Positions 20,425-33,100 of a stretch of 58,571 nucleotides of DNA are shown here, in pieces; position 1 is the first letter of the stretch, and each line of letters opens with the position of its first letter. The translations under genes were made by a program, and so were the position numbers. The notes under the pieces were generated by a model. It had not been told where the DNA came from. It did not search any database and saw only the letters and a list, made by a program, of their open reading frames with translations. The DNA is from a virus (Duplodnaviria; Caudoviricetes), in the IMG/VR virus record IMGVR_UViG_3300030060_000055, positions 1 to 58,571 of that record; one strand, written 5' to 3'.

Positions 20425-20588
20425 GTGAAGTATTTAATGTAAACACTCCATTAGAAATACCACCTGAAGAATATAGTGCAGATTATATGCGCAGACTTAT
20501 AAATCAACTGCGTTTAAACTTTGTACAATTAGATTCACCTGATACTATAAGAGAGGTATCACAAGCATTTGATTGGTATATTTCATAA
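20421..20588 (+). CDS. Small tail protein, 55 aa (not in ORF track)
   Basis: ATGA overlap upstream and TAATG overlap downstream; MSEVFNVNTPLEIPPEEYSADYMRRLINQLRLNF. Confidence 0.7.
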   Translation: MSEVFNVNTPLEIPPEEYSADYMRRLINQLRLNFVQLDSPDTIREVSQAFDWYIS

Positions 20589-20920
20589 TGGCAAATAGAT
20601 ATACAGAAGTATTAACAACATTAGCATCAACGAATGCAACAAGTGTTTACACAGTACCAGATAATAAGAGTGCCATAGTTAAGACATTAAGTGCTTATAA
20701 CTCTGATGGTAGTAGTGCATATAGTTTAACAGTACAGTTGACAGACACTAGCGAAAGTACAACAGTTACTTGGGATGTAGAGTCAATAGCAACTAATACA
20801 CGTAAAGGATTTTTAACTAACGGAGAGGTGTTAGTTTTAGATGAATTAGATATAATAAAGCTGACTGCAAGTTCAGCGGATAAATTTCACATCGTAATAG
20901 GTGTGTTGGAAATAGATTAG
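20588..20920 (+). CDS. Small tail structural protein
   Basis: Likely ATG at 20588 (MANRYTEV); YTVP and LVLDELDIIKLTAS motifs. Confidence 0.7.
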   Translation: MANRYTEVLTTLASTNATSVYTVPDNKSAIVKTLSAYNSDGSSAYSLTVQLTDTSESTTVTWDVESIATNTRKGFLTNGEVLVLDELDIIKLTASSADKFHIVIGVLEID

Positions 20921-20929
20921 GAGACCACT

Positions 20930-22603
20930 ATGAGTAATTTTCCATTACAAAATGCAGCAGAGCAACTAGCTAAACAGGGGAGATATGGCGATACCATGAT
21001 GGTACACATGAACCCTATAGAAGTAGATGCTTTAGCAAAACTATCACCAACAGGTCAGTTGACCATTAACCCACAAACAGGGCAACCAGAGGCGTTTCTG
21101 CCACTCGTAGGGTCATTGCTTGCCCCAACACTATTAGGTGGTACAGCATTGGGTGCAGCATTAAGTCCATTAGCAGCATCTGCAATAGGAACTGGAATAG
21201 GAACTATTGCCGAGGGTGGTAGTCTTAAAGAAGGTATAACAGCTGGATTAACAGGCGCAATCACAGGTGGTTTGTTAAAAGGATTTATGCCGGGTGGTGC
21301 TACAGAAATACCCGGAACTGAAGCTGTAACAGATGCAGCAGGACAAGTTACACAAGCAGCAGTACCAGCACAAAGTGTACCTATGCCTGAAATAAATACA
21401 TTACAAGACCTAAGTGCTGCAACTACAGGAACATTAGGAGCAAATGCAGCTGTGCCAACTTCAGGTGGATTTTTTAATCAGTTAGGAAGAAACTTAGGAT
21501 TTACTCCGGCAGCAGGTGAACAAGCAGTACAAGCTGGACAAGGCATAACTCAATCACAAGCTTTTCAGTCACAGTTTCTACCAGCAGCAGCATCAGGATT
21601 AGTAGGTGAAATGTATGTACCAATGGATATGGGTGGACCAGCAGAAGAACCTGATCCATTTGGAGACTATGAAGGTCCTTACACGCCTACAGAACAAAGG
21701 ACTATGATTCCGGGAAGTGGGGGTGATCCACTAGGTTCAGCTTTTGGCGGTGAACAAATGCTTATAGGCGGTAATCCTTTTCCATCAGGACCTGAATTTG
21801 ATGAAGGTGGTAAAGTAAGTAATCCTTTTGATTCTTTACCTGCAATGTCAGGTTTAGCATTAGCTGGCAATATGATGCAAGGAGGTAATTTTGGACTTTT
21901 ACCTATGGCAATAGATCAATTCAGAGGTTCTGATGATAAAGAAACAAAAACTGAAATGGAAAATAAACGCCAAATGATAGGCACTGTTCCAGTAGATATG
22001 GTTGCAGGTATGGATGCTATGCAAGTACCTACAGATATGTTGAATAAAGGTGGTATGCCTTTGCAGAATCCTAGTAAAGCTGATCTTGATAATGATGGAG
22101 AGTTATCTTCATATGAAAGAACAAGAGGTAAAGCTATTGAAGCAAACATGAAAAACATGGGTGGTCTTATAAAGATGGCTAATGGTCGTACACCTGCACA
22201 AGCACAAATAGAAGAAAGCGCAGAAACTTTAGAGCGTAGAAGAATAGATGATGCTATAAGAAAACAAGTAGAAGAAACTATGTCAGCACCTATGATTGAT
22301 CCAAGACTAGGTAGAATGGCTGATCCAATTAGTACACCTGTACAGAAAAGTTTAAACGATGTGATGACACCACAGCCTTTTCAAGCACCATCATTAGCAG
22401 AAATAAGAAGTATGCAAAGTGGAGCATTAGATAGAATGTTTGTACCAACAGACCCTGATAATACAATAGACAGAGGTATGGCAACATTTAACAGACAATA
22501 CAATCCTGTTGTTAGAGGAATAGAGGCAGTCTCACCTGTGCTAACTAAAGGTGCTTTAGAACTGTATGAAGCTATAGACGAATATAGAAAGAGAGATAGA
22601 TAA
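20930..22603 (+). CDS. Putative internal virion/ejection protein
   Basis: GRYGDTMMVH, TINPQTGQPEAF, Gly/Ala-rich hydrophobic stretch, EF-hand-like DLDNDGELSSYE. Confidence 0.65.
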   Translation: MSNFPLQNAAEQLAKQGRYGDTMMVHMNPIEVDALAKLSPTGQLTINPQTGQPEAFLPLVGSLLAPTLLGGTALGAALSPLAASAIGTGIGTIAEGGSLKEGITAGLTGAITGGLLKGFMPGGATEIPGTEAVTDAAGQVTQAAVPAQSVPMPEINTLQDLSAATTGTLGANAAVPTSGGFFNQLGRNLGFTPAAGEQAVQAGQGITQSQAFQSQFLPAAASGLVGEMYVPMDMGGPAEEPDPFGDYEGPYTPTEQRTMIPGSGGDPLGSAFGGEQMLIGGNPFPSGPEFDEGGKVSNPFDSLPAMSGLALAGNMMQGGNFGLLPMAIDQFRGSDDKETKTEMENKRQMIGTVPVDMVAGMDAMQVPTDMLNKGGMPLQNPSKADLDNDGELSSYERTRGKAIEANMKNMGGLIKMANGRTPAQAQIEESAETLERRRIDDAIRKQVEETMSAPMIDPRLGRMADPISTPVQKSLNDVMTPQPFQAPSLAEIRSMQSGALDRMFVPTDPDNTIDRGMATFNRQYNPVVRGIEAVSPVLTKGALELYEAIDEYRKRDR

Positions 22604-23799
22604 TGGCAAAATCTAATAAGGGTGGAGGATTTAATATAGGTCCGTATGGTGGCTTTGATCCATTTGCACCTCCTATTGCACCTATAGGTGGTAGAACAGG
22701 AGGAGGTAAAATTAAACAACCTTTTGGTGGATTTAAAGATATAAGAAGAATGCCACCTAGACCTTCTTTGCAACAACAATATGCAGGATTAAATCAAGGA
22801 GTGCGAGGATTCCAACCTTTAGGTATTAGAGGATATACGCCACCGCCTATGTTTCAACCGCAACCTATTTATGGTGGTCCAGTAAGAGGATATGGAGAAT
22901 TCTCCATTGGAGAACAATTTAATCCATTTGGTTATGGTTCTTTAGGAGGCAATCCTTTTATAAATCCACCGCAATTACCAGAAATTCCTTTTACTCCTCC
23001 TGTTGAAACTCCACAACCGGGAAGTCCTGATTATGTTATACCTGATGACATACAAGCTATTATTGATGGGTTTGAACCACAAATGGATTTAGAACCAGTA
23101 CAAAGGCAAGAACCAGTTTATCAAACACAAGTAGTACAAGGTGGTAGAGATATAATAAATAGGATTGATCCTCCTATTGTAGAACAGCCAACACCAATAG
23201 GACCTGCAATTCCATCAGTGCCTACTATAGCAAGTCAATACACGTCACCACAGATGCCTATAGCACAGACTGCTCCTTTTATAACTAATCAACCAATACA
23301 ACCAATAGGACCTACTAATCTTGCAATAGGTAAAGCAAGTGGTGGTAGAGTTTTAGGTTTTGCCGAAGGTGGTATGCCTGAAGAAAATCAAACATCAGAT
23401 AGATTAGAAGAAGAAACTATAATGGCTTTGATGGGTAAACATCCTAATCCAAAAGAAGTATTTATTAAATATATGGAAGTTTATGGTGAGAATGGTTTGA
23501 TGCAGTTGGCTACAGAAGTAGAAGAAATGATGCGTACAGATGGACGTATGATAGATGGACCGGGTGGTGGTGTTGATGATTTTGTACCAGCCATTATAGA
23601 TAATATGCAACCAGCAGCTTTATCTAAAGATGAATATGTAATACCAGCAGATGTTGTTGCACATGCAGGTGATGGTTCAAGTGAAGCTGGTGGTAAAGAG
23701 TTTGACAAGTTAGTATCAAGAGTTAGAAAAGCAAAGACAGGTAACACAACACAACCTGAACAAATAGAGTTTGAAGAAGAGATAAATCAAATAACATAA
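22603..23799 (+). CDS. Putative internal virion protein
   Basis: Pro/Gly-rich N-terminus; C-terminal GPGGGVDDFVPA...LSKDEYVIPADVV domain. Confidence 0.65.
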   Translation: MAKSNKGGGFNIGPYGGFDPFAPPIAPIGGRTGGGKIKQPFGGFKDIRRMPPRPSLQQQYAGLNQGVRGFQPLGIRGYTPPPMFQPQPIYGGPVRGYGEFSIGEQFNPFGYGSLGGNPFINPPQLPEIPFTPPVETPQPGSPDYVIPDDIQAIIDGFEPQMDLEPVQRQEPVYQTQVVQGGRDIINRIDPPIVEQPTPIGPAIPSVPTIASQYTSPQMPIAQTAPFITNQPIQPIGPTNLAIGKASGGRVLGFAEGGMPEENQTSDRLEEETIMALMGKHPNPKEVFIKYMEVYGENGLMQLATEVEEMMRTDGRMIDGPGGGVDDFVPAIIDNMQPAALSKDEYVIPADVVAHAGDGSSEAGGKEFDKLVSRVRKAKTGNTTQPEQIEFEEEINQIT

Positions 23800-24332
23800 T
23801 GAAAGTTTATTTAGTACCACAAGAATATATTGCTAAAATTTATCCAGATATAGACAAATATATAGATAAGTTAGTACCTACAGCACATGGTAGGTTTGAA
23901 AAAATAGATTTAGTTAATGATATTCTTACAGGTAAAGCAACTCTTTGGACTGTAATAGATGAAGAAGATAATAATAAAATACATGGAATTATATTTACAG
24001 AAGTAACAACTTATCCTAGAAAAAAAATGTTAACTATATCATTTGCATCAGGAGATAATTTAGAAAGTTGGATAGATGAATCTTTAGAGGTATTAGAAAA
24101 TTGGGCAGTTGATAATGAATGCGTAGCTATGGAAATAACAGGACGCAGAGGATGGGTTAAAAAATTAAAATCACATAACTGGCAAGAAGAATTTGTAATT
24201 GTAAAAAAAGATAATTTAAAAAAGAATACTTTAAAAGTAGTAGACACGGAGAAAAAAGATGGGAAAGAAAAGCGGAGGAAGCAGTCAACCTCAACAGGTA
24301 GAGTCAAGGACATATCAGAGTCGACTGCCTGA
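23799..24332 (+). CDS. GNAT-like protein of the ejection module
   Basis: YPRKKMLTI, EITGRRGWVKKL; position among podovirus ejection genes. Confidence 0.55.
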   Translation: MKVYLVPQEYIAKIYPDIDKYIDKLVPTAHGRFEKIDLVNDILTGKATLWTVIDEEDNNKIHGIIFTEVTTYPRKKMLTISFASGDNLESWIDESLEVLENWAVDNECVAMEITGRRGWVKKLKSHNWQEEFVIVKKDNLKKNTLKVVDTEKKDGKEKRRKQSTSTGRVKDISESTA

Positions 24333-25554
24333 ATACGCTGCACCTTTCTACAAGAATCTTGTAGGTAGAGCGCAAGCATTATCTTATGAGGATTATATTC
24401 CTTATACAGCACCACGTGTAGCTGGATTTTCTCCTGAAACTATTGGTGCGCAAGAAGGTATACAAGCTTTAGCAACAAGAGACTTGCCCGGAATAGCGCA
24501 AGCTAGAAACATAGCTGGCATAGCATCAACTACTGGACCTATGATGGTAGGTTCACAATATGGTGGCACTAATGTAAGAAGTAGATTTGGTGGCTCTCCA
24601 ATAAGAAGTACATATAGTGCAGCACCTATAAGAACAGGAGTTACTGGTTTTGGACCTGAAGCATATATGAGAGCAGCTAGGGGTTTTGATGATAGGGCAG
24701 CACAAAGATATATGAATCCATTTTTAAGTAATGTTCTTGACAGACAACAACGTAGAGCAACAGATAGGTTTGCTGAACAACAAGCTACAAGAAATCAACG
24801 TGCTATACAAGCTGGTGCATTTGGAGGTAGTAGACAAGGTGTACAAGATGCAATAGCACAAAGAGAACTAAATGAATCTTTACGTGACATAGAAGCTAAA
24901 GGATTATCTGATGCGTTTACACAGGCTCAACAACAATTTGAAAGAGATAGAACAGCTAGATTTAAAGGATTAACATCATCAGATGCACAACAAATAGCAT
25001 TAGCACAACAAAGGTCTGCGGAACAAATAGCAACAGAACGAGCAAAACAACAAGCAGCAGATCAAAATTTAAGAGCGCAAATTGCACAGATGCAAGGATT
25101 ATCAAATGCAGATAAAAGAAGATTAGAAGCACAGATAGCAACAGGTAGATTTGCACAAGCAGCTGGACGTATGGATTTAGATGCACAACTAGCTAATCAA
25201 AAAGCACAAGAAGCTGCTCTTGCTAGAAGTTTACAAGGATCAAAATTATTAGCAGGTCTTGATAAACAAGAACAAGCATTAGACTTATCAAGATTAAAAG
25301 CACTATCTGATGTAGGATCACAAAGACAAGCACTTATGCAAAGAGCATACGATCAACAGTATGAAGACTTCTTGGCACAAAGAGAGTTCCCATATCAACA
25401 GTTAGAAAGGTACAGTGCCATACTACAAGGTATGCCAGCACAACCAAGTTTTTCAGAAAGAAGATTCACACCATCAGCTAATCCTACAGCACAATTATTA
25501 CAAACAGGATTAGGTGCATATGGTGCGTTTAGAGGACTAGGCGGAGGCGGTTAA
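24259..25554 (+). CDS. DNA transfer/ejection protein
   Basis: RYMNPF, AGAFGGSRQGV, Q/A-rich helices, GLGAYGAF C-terminus. Confidence 0.7.
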   Translation: MGKKSGGSSQPQQVESRTYQSRLPEYAAPFYKNLVGRAQALSYEDYIPYTAPRVAGFSPETIGAQEGIQALATRDLPGIAQARNIAGIASTTGPMMVGSQYGGTNVRSRFGGSPIRSTYSAAPIRTGVTGFGPEAYMRAARGFDDRAAQRYMNPFLSNVLDRQQRRATDRFAEQQATRNQRAIQAGAFGGSRQGVQDAIAQRELNESLRDIEAKGLSDAFTQAQQQFERDRTARFKGLTSSDAQQIALAQQRSAEQIATERAKQQAADQNLRAQIAQMQGLSNADKRRLEAQIATGRFAQAAGRMDLDAQLANQKAQEAALARSLQGSKLLAGLDKQEQALDLSRLKALSDVGSQRQALMQRAYDQQYEDFLAQREFPYQQLERYSAILQGMPAQPSFSERRFTPSANPTAQLLQTGLGAYGAFRGLGGGG

Positions 25555-27116
25555 TGATAGATAGTAATATTAATAAGTTAATATCTATGGCTGAACGTCA
25601 GTCAGATCAGCGTCTTGCGCAAGAATTAAATCCGCAAACAGAAACAGGATTACTTGGACCTGCATTTATATCTGCATCCGAGTTAGCTTATAGGCAAAAA
25701 ATTAGGGATGAGGCACAAGCACAACCTATGCAAAGTCCTCCTATAGTTCAGCAGTTGGCACAACAAGCTACCATGTCACCCGTGCAGCCAATGCCAACTG
25801 CACCTATGCCTATGCAACAACCAATGCAACCTCCTATGCCAATGCCTCAACAACCTATGCCAAGTTTTCAAACTGGTGGTTTAATTCCTACATTTATGCC
25901 ACAGACAGACACTATGATTGATGAATCATTAGCAGAACTAGAAAAAGAACAAAAAAGACAACCAAGATTTTTACAGAATGTAGGGCAAGGTTTATTAGAT
26001 TTTAGTGACAGAGTACAATCAAGGGTAGATGCTAGAAAAGCAGCTGAAGAAGAAAGAAAAAGAAAAGAAAGTATAGTTGTAGATCAAGATAGATTATCAA
26101 GTTTTACTAGACTGCCAGAAAAAGTTGATAAAAGAAATCCACAAGTACAAGCAGCAGGTCCAGATACAGGTTTTCAAAATGTTAATCCTACAACTATGCC
26201 TAAGTATGATGTTAGTATTAAAACTGATAGCATAGTAACACCTGCTAATGCTCAAACTGTACAACAAGCTGCACAGAATAAACAAAGTGATGGCGTATTA
26301 ACACAACTAAAAGGTACGCCTTTATCTCAATCACAACAAGATATATTAATGGCTCAAGCAAAAGCTAATAGTTCACCAGTAACTAATACCGATACAGGAG
26401 AAGAAATAAAAGGACAACCTACCACTGGATTAAATAATGCAGCACAAAAAGATGCAGCTTATGCAGCTTCATCTGACTATGAAACTTTAATACAGCAGTC
26501 TATAAATGCAATGACTGACGAGAAAGGTAAGATGCAAAATAAGTGGCTACGTATAGCAGCTGGTGCATTTAATGCAGCACAAAAAGGTTCACCAACTTTA
26601 CTAGGTGGACTTGCTGATTTAGGTGCTGGAGTAACAGAAGAACTATTAGCATTAAATAAAGAAGAACAAGATCAAGCACAAGAGTTATTTGCATTATATG
26701 CAGCAAGAGAAAAACTTAGACTTGATAGATATACAACTGAATATGATTACGATAAAGATCGTAAAACAAGAATAGCTGATGCAATTAAAAATTATAATGC
26801 TGACCTTGCTAGATATCTAAATACAGATATAACTAAAGATATGACTAAGAGAGAGGCAGAAGCTATAACAGCTATTACATATGCAGATCAAGGAGTTAAA
26901 CCAGCACAAGGTAATTACGGAAGATTCGTAAAAGAAATACAAGGCATTATTAATGATATAAATGCAAGTGATCCTGATTTAACAAATAATGAATTTAAAG
27001 AAATTTTTGATGAACGAATTAAATCTGATAAAGCATTATCTATCGTTTATGATAATTATACAGATAGAGGAACTTTAGGAGTCGAAGACTGGCTAAATGA
27101 AAGACTATCTATTTAG
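25554..27116 (+). CDS. Putative ejection protein
   Basis: Low-complexity PMQ tract and helical C-terminus; between ejection genes. Confidence 0.6.
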   Translation: MIDSNINKLISMAERQSDQRLAQELNPQTETGLLGPAFISASELAYRQKIRDEAQAQPMQSPPIVQQLAQQATMSPVQPMPTAPMPMQQPMQPPMPMPQQPMPSFQTGGLIPTFMPQTDTMIDESLAELEKEQKRQPRFLQNVGQGLLDFSDRVQSRVDARKAAEEERKRKESIVVDQDRLSSFTRLPEKVDKRNPQVQAAGPDTGFQNVNPTTMPKYDVSIKTDSIVTPANAQTVQQAAQNKQSDGVLTQLKGTPLSQSQQDILMAQAKANSSPVTNTDTGEEIKGQPTTGLNNAAQKDAAYAASSDYETLIQQSINAMTDEKGKMQNKWLRIAAGAFNAAQKGSPTLLGGLADLGAGVTEELLALNKEEQDQAQELFALYAAREKLRLDRYTTEYDYDKDRKTRIADAIKNYNADLARYLNTDITKDMTKREAEAITAITYADQGVKPAQGNYGRFVKEIQGIINDINASDPDLTNNEFKEIFDERIKSDKALSIVYDNYTDRGTLGVEDWLNERLSI

Positions 27117-27139
27117 AGGATATAGTATAGAGATATAGA

Positions 27140-30100
27140 ATGGCAGACGAACCAAGAAACACACCAAATCCTTTTGAGATATTTGGTTCAAATACTGGTA
27201 ATGTACCTGACCAATTTGATATTTTTGATACATATCAAAGACCTCCAACACAAGACAATACTTCCGAGCAACTAGGCACTGATAAAGTTAATGATAGATC
27301 ATTACCTATATTTGGTCTTGCTACAAATAACTTTACCCCTGAAGAAAACGATTGGATAGACAGCGTTATAGCTGCACCCAGAGGTGTATTGCGTGGTGCT
27401 GCAAGAACTATACCCTTATTAGGTGAAGGTGTATGGGGCATATTAGATTTAGCAACTAACCTTTCAGGAAAAGAAGATTGGTTGAATCCTAGAGAAAGTG
27501 CATTCATAGCTAGAATGGATGAACTGCGTGATGCTATTGGCTATGAAGATAGTGTAGCTGGTAGAACAGGTGAAGCATTAGGTAGCATACTAGGTTTTGT
27601 AGGGTCAACTATACTTACAGGTGGTGCTGGAGCAGCATCAAGAGTAGGTGCTGGTTATAACGCACTAAAAGCTGGAGAGTTAACTGCTGGGGCAGCAACT
27701 AAAAGTTTAGCATCAGCTATGCAAATAGCAGCACCGGGTTCTGCTATAGGTGTAGGAGAAGCTAGTGGAAGGATGCGTGAGTATGAAGCTGAGATAGGTG
27801 AAGATTTATCTATAGCAGATAGAAACTTGGCAACAGCACTTGCTATACCTTTAGGTGCAACAGAGGTACTACCTATAGTTAGACCTTTATCTATATTATT
27901 TTCTAAGATAACTAAACGAGGATTGCCTAAAGAAACTATTGATAGCTATATGGATTTAGCTAAGTCAGCTGCCATAACTGGTACAGCAGAGGGTGTGCAA
28001 GAAGCATTAGCAAGTATAGGTCAAGATGCTATTGAGAAGGGTGTATATAACGAATCAGCAACTATAGGTGATTCTATAGCATCAGAGTTTGGATATGGTG
28101 GTGGTGCTGGTGCTATCTTTGACTTAGGTGTTAACTTACTTACTAAAGGTAGACCAAGAGGAGGTAGACCTGTTGGACCAGTAGAAGATGATACAGGTGG
28201 ATTATCAGGAACAGAAGCTACAGAGGTAGAAGATGCATCTACTTTAGATGAAGGTAGACCTAACACAGTAGCACAGTTTCAAGGTAGTGAAGAGATAGTA
28301 TTAGATAATGAATTTGAAGTGCCTAAAGATGCAGAGGGTGATGCGGTAATACCTCCTGATGTAAAAGTTGATGATGAAGTAGATATGTATGATGCTCTTG
28401 GCAATTCATACAAAGCTAGAGTTACTGCCGTATCAGATTCTGGTAGCATAAAAATTATAAATCAACAGGGTGAAGAAGTTGTTGCAAATATGAGTCCTAC
28501 AGCAACTACATCTAATGTTAATAATCCAAATTATGAGTTTAAAACAGTAAGCCCTGCATTTAAAAAGTCTGTTAATAATAAAAAAAATGTAAGTGAGTTA
28601 AATGAACAAGAAATAGCAGCAGCACAACTTGCATTAGAAGCACGTATTGAAGAGGCTGGTATTCAATTGATTGGGTTAGATGCACTACAAGATTTAAACG
28701 CTCTCAAACTACATCAAAAAAGAAGACAACAACCTTTAGATACAACTGTTGAGAATCAAACTAAATTAGGACCACAACAAGAAATAGAAGCACAAGCACA
28801 GGCATTTAAAGATGAAGTGCCAACAATACCTGATGCTGAAGAACAAATAAAAACAGAAGCTGTAAGACAACAGTTACAAGAAGTAAGTCCTGAACTGCAA
28901 GCAAATTTAGATCAAGAGGTAGAACTTGAAAGGCAAATACAACAAGCAGAAGATGCTGACAATTTGAATGAAGCAGATGATTTAAAAGAAAAAATAAATC
29001 AAGTAAAAGATAAACAAACAGAGTTAATTAAAAAACAAAAAACACCTATAAGAAGAAGTAGATTAATACAAACTTTTAATAGACCAGATGGTGAGACATT
29101 TACAGCAAGATTTCCTGATAGAGAAAGTGTAGATGCATTTAGTAATAAGAATGTAGTTAAAACTAAAAACAAATTAAATTTAACTACACCAGCATACAAT
29201 CAGTTTAAAACTAAATATGATTCTTATGTAGCTGAAGAAGTTAACTCAGCATATAAATCTGATACAAGAGAATTTAAGTTACAAAGCTTTAGAGACTTTG
29301 TGGCACAAGAACAAGGTTCAGTACAAGTAGGAGATATATTAAGTCAAACAACTCTTAAGAATATTGATCCTAATGATGCAGCGTTTAAACGATTCTTGTA
29401 TCTAAATACAAAGAAAAGAAATTTAAAAGACTTAAATGGTCTACAAAGAAAAGAAATTTTCAGACAAATAGAAGCTTTGCCTACACAAACAGCAGTCAAT
29501 ACAAGTATAGATAAAGCATTTAGTGAAAGCATAGATAATAGACAAGCATTTAGTAAAGCTGAAGCTATAAAAGCTAGAACTAAAGAGTTAGAAAATAAAT
29601 ATACCAAAGCACAACTATTAGATTTAGCTAAAACTAATGGTGTAAGTGAAGAGTTTATACAAGATGCAGTAGGCACTAGAGACAAAACAACTATAGCAAA
29701 AGGTATAGCAAGAAAAGAAATACAGAATCAAATATCAGCAGAAGAAAACTATGAACAAGTTGTAAGTAGAAGTGTTCCTAATGTACAAGTTAGGAAAGTA
29801 AAAACTAAAGCAGCTGACCAAGCAAGAGGATTTCAACAATATAGTGTGTTATATCCTGATGACACAATTATAAAAACTTTAGTGCCAGCAAATATAGATG
29901 TTGCAGATGCAAAGGAGCAAGCAGCTAGACAAACATTTACACAAAGAGTAGAAAGATTAGAAGAAGAAAATATAAAAACTAAAGATGTACCAGATGCATC
30001 ACAACAAGATTATATACAGGCTGTTACTAACTCACTGTTTAAACGCACTAACCCATTAGCAGAATTATTATCTATAGCTGGACCACAAGTAAAACAAAGT

Positions 30101-33100
30101 AGAACACCAGCAATACAAACAGAACAAGTCCAAGACCTAATAGAAGAAGCACCGCAGTTAGAAGCACCTGATCTATCTGGCATTAATTATCAGGGAAACT
30201 TATATAAGTTTAAAGACAATATAAATGCCAGTGATTTTATAATGAATTTAAGGCGCATAGCTAAAAGAACTATGCCTGATGCAGATGTAGTTGCAGTAGA
30301 TACATTGTTTAATGAAAGTGGTGAAGAAGTAGCTGGTGTAACTATTGGTGACATAATAGCTATAAATTTAGAAACTAATCCTGAAAATGGTAGACCTAGA
30401 TTTGCTTCACCTACAGATACTGTCTATCACGAAGCTGTTCATTACTTTATAAATAATAATTATTTTAAACCAGAAGTTTTACAAATCTTAGCTGAGAATC
30501 AACAAAGAATATTTGATATAGCTGAGACAAGATTTGGTGGAAAAGTAGGTACTTTTGAAGAAGCTGTTGCTATAGCATCAGGATATTACAACGAACAAAA
30601 ACTACAAGGCAGAACCCCTTTTGAATTTACACCCGGAATAAGAAGAGTATTTGAACCTCTATTTAAATTTTTTAATCAGGTTGCTAAATACTTTAGTGGC
30701 AAAAAATATAGGAAACTAGAGGATGTATTTGATGCTATAAGAACAGGTGATTTATATCAAGATGCTGTAGATAATCCTAAGATACTTAGTCCACCACAAC
30801 AACAGTTCCAAGAAGAATTGTTTAAACAAACTGGATATGTAGGCTCATACAAAGGCGGATCAATAACAGAAGATATGAATCTTGATTATGATTCAAATAG
30901 AAACATGACACCTTTGTATAGCAGAACACCTTCTTTTGGTTTACAAGAACTAAAGATTAGTGAAATGGGTCAAAGGATTGATAGGTTACAAGATGCTGTA
31001 AATAATACTAAAACTAAATCTACTAAAGCAGATAAATGGTTAACAACTAATAAACAAGGACAAGAGTTATTAACAGGCTCTAACGTGCCTTTTAATAAAC
31101 TTTACCTACAAGATACTAGATTAGATGAATGGTTGTCAGAACAAGTTAATGAAGATGGCAATCCAAGAGAAGTAAGCATAGATGAAATAAAAAATTATTT
31201 AAAAACTAATACTGGTTTTATATCTATGCAAATGACAGGCGGTGATACTACAACTTATGTAAGAGCAACTAATATAAATGAACAACAAACTATAGAGTAT
31301 TATCAAAATGAAATTTTAAATAGCACTATAGCTTTAAATCAATTTACGTCAGGTGTGCAATCACATTTAGTTAATAGGGATGATACATATAAAGCATTAA
31401 AAGAAGAGTTTTATACAGGACCAGACGATCAAGGTTCAGGAGCATTCTACGATTTAACAAGAAATTTAGACCAAATAGAAGAGTCTTATAAAAAATTAAA
31501 TCTTTCTATGAAACAACCTATAGGAAGAAACTTTGATGTTTTAAGACAAGCATTAAATGTAGAAACTAAATCACCTGATTTTCTTTTTTCAGATGCTAAA
31601 GCTGGAGAAATAGAGACAGCTATAAATCAATTAACTGTATCAGGGCAGTTGCTACAAAATACAGATGCTCTAAGAAAGGCTGATCCTGATGGTCATTTAG
31701 AAAAATTTTTAGTAGCTTTAGAAAATAATAAAATAGTTAGTGATCCTATAATAGAAATATTAGATGAGATAAATACAGACTCATTTGATGGCGGTAATAG
31801 GTACAATAAATTAGATTTACAAGATAATAAATTAACTCAATTAGTTAATGCAAGAAATCAAGCAAAAAGACAAAACGAATATTTTACAAGGTTGTTATAT
31901 GGAGAGGGTACAACAGGTGAACTTAATCCTGTAATAAGATCATCATTTGAATCTGCTGGATATGCAACAACTCCCGGTTTTAACATAGATACTACAAGTG
32001 GTAAGTTTACTGATATACAAAGATTAGCATTTCAAGCTATTAAAGATGGCAATCCTAATAAATCAGAAGGACAAATAATACAAGAACGTCTACAAGGAAT
32101 ACCACAAGAAGTTGCAAACTTTACAGAAGATCAATTAGCAGAGTTTACACGTAGACGTAGATTTGATGGTGAAGATTATGGAACTACAGTACACGTAGAA
32201 AATAGTAGAAATGTTGTTTACGCTTGGAATCCCGGTGCTTCGCAAGAACAAAAAGGATACTATTCAAATCCACATTTTCCTAACTCTATACGTAACGCTT
32301 TTGTTCATGCAAGAATAAAAGATGTTTATGTATTAGATGATAATAATACTTTAAAGAAAATATTATTTATAGATGAAGTGCAGTCTGATATGTATGCAGA
32401 TGTAAAGAAAGCTATAGACAAATACTTAAATGAATTAAATGATGGTGATCCTAGAAAAGAAGGAGGTGCATCTTCTTTGACAGAAGCAGAAGTAAAAGAA
32501 GCATTAGAAGGTTATCCAACTACTCAAGATATGCCAGCTGTACCACTTATAGGATTTCCTAAACCTAACTTTAATAAGTGGCAAGATTTTATTATTGAAG
32601 AAATGAATATGCTTGCTGTTAATGAAGGGTTTGATGGCATAGCTATTGCTAGTACAGCAATACAAGCAGAAAGAAATGGTAATAATCTTAAGAACAATTT
32701 TAACTTTTTAAGTTTTTATCCTTCAGTAAAACCATCAGATATTTCTACCAATCTTAGTACAGAATTAACTCATACTCCTTCTGGACAAACAGTAGAAGAA
32801 AGCACTTTATTACAACAGGGATATTTAACACAAGAAGAATTAAATCAAGACGATCCTGTTACTCCTAAATTTATTAGAAGTGCAGCAGCACAATATTTTG
32901 GTGATGTATTTTCAAGAGATACTAACTCATATGAATTTAAAACATATGTAAATTATGCACGTTTAGTAGGTATGACAGATGGATTTATTACTAAAGATAT
33001 GACTTTATCTTTACAAGAATCTAATCCTATTCGTGGGCATTTTGTAGATGGTGTGAATTATTTAGGTAGAGGTATTGGAGAGACACAAGTAGGTAGTGTA

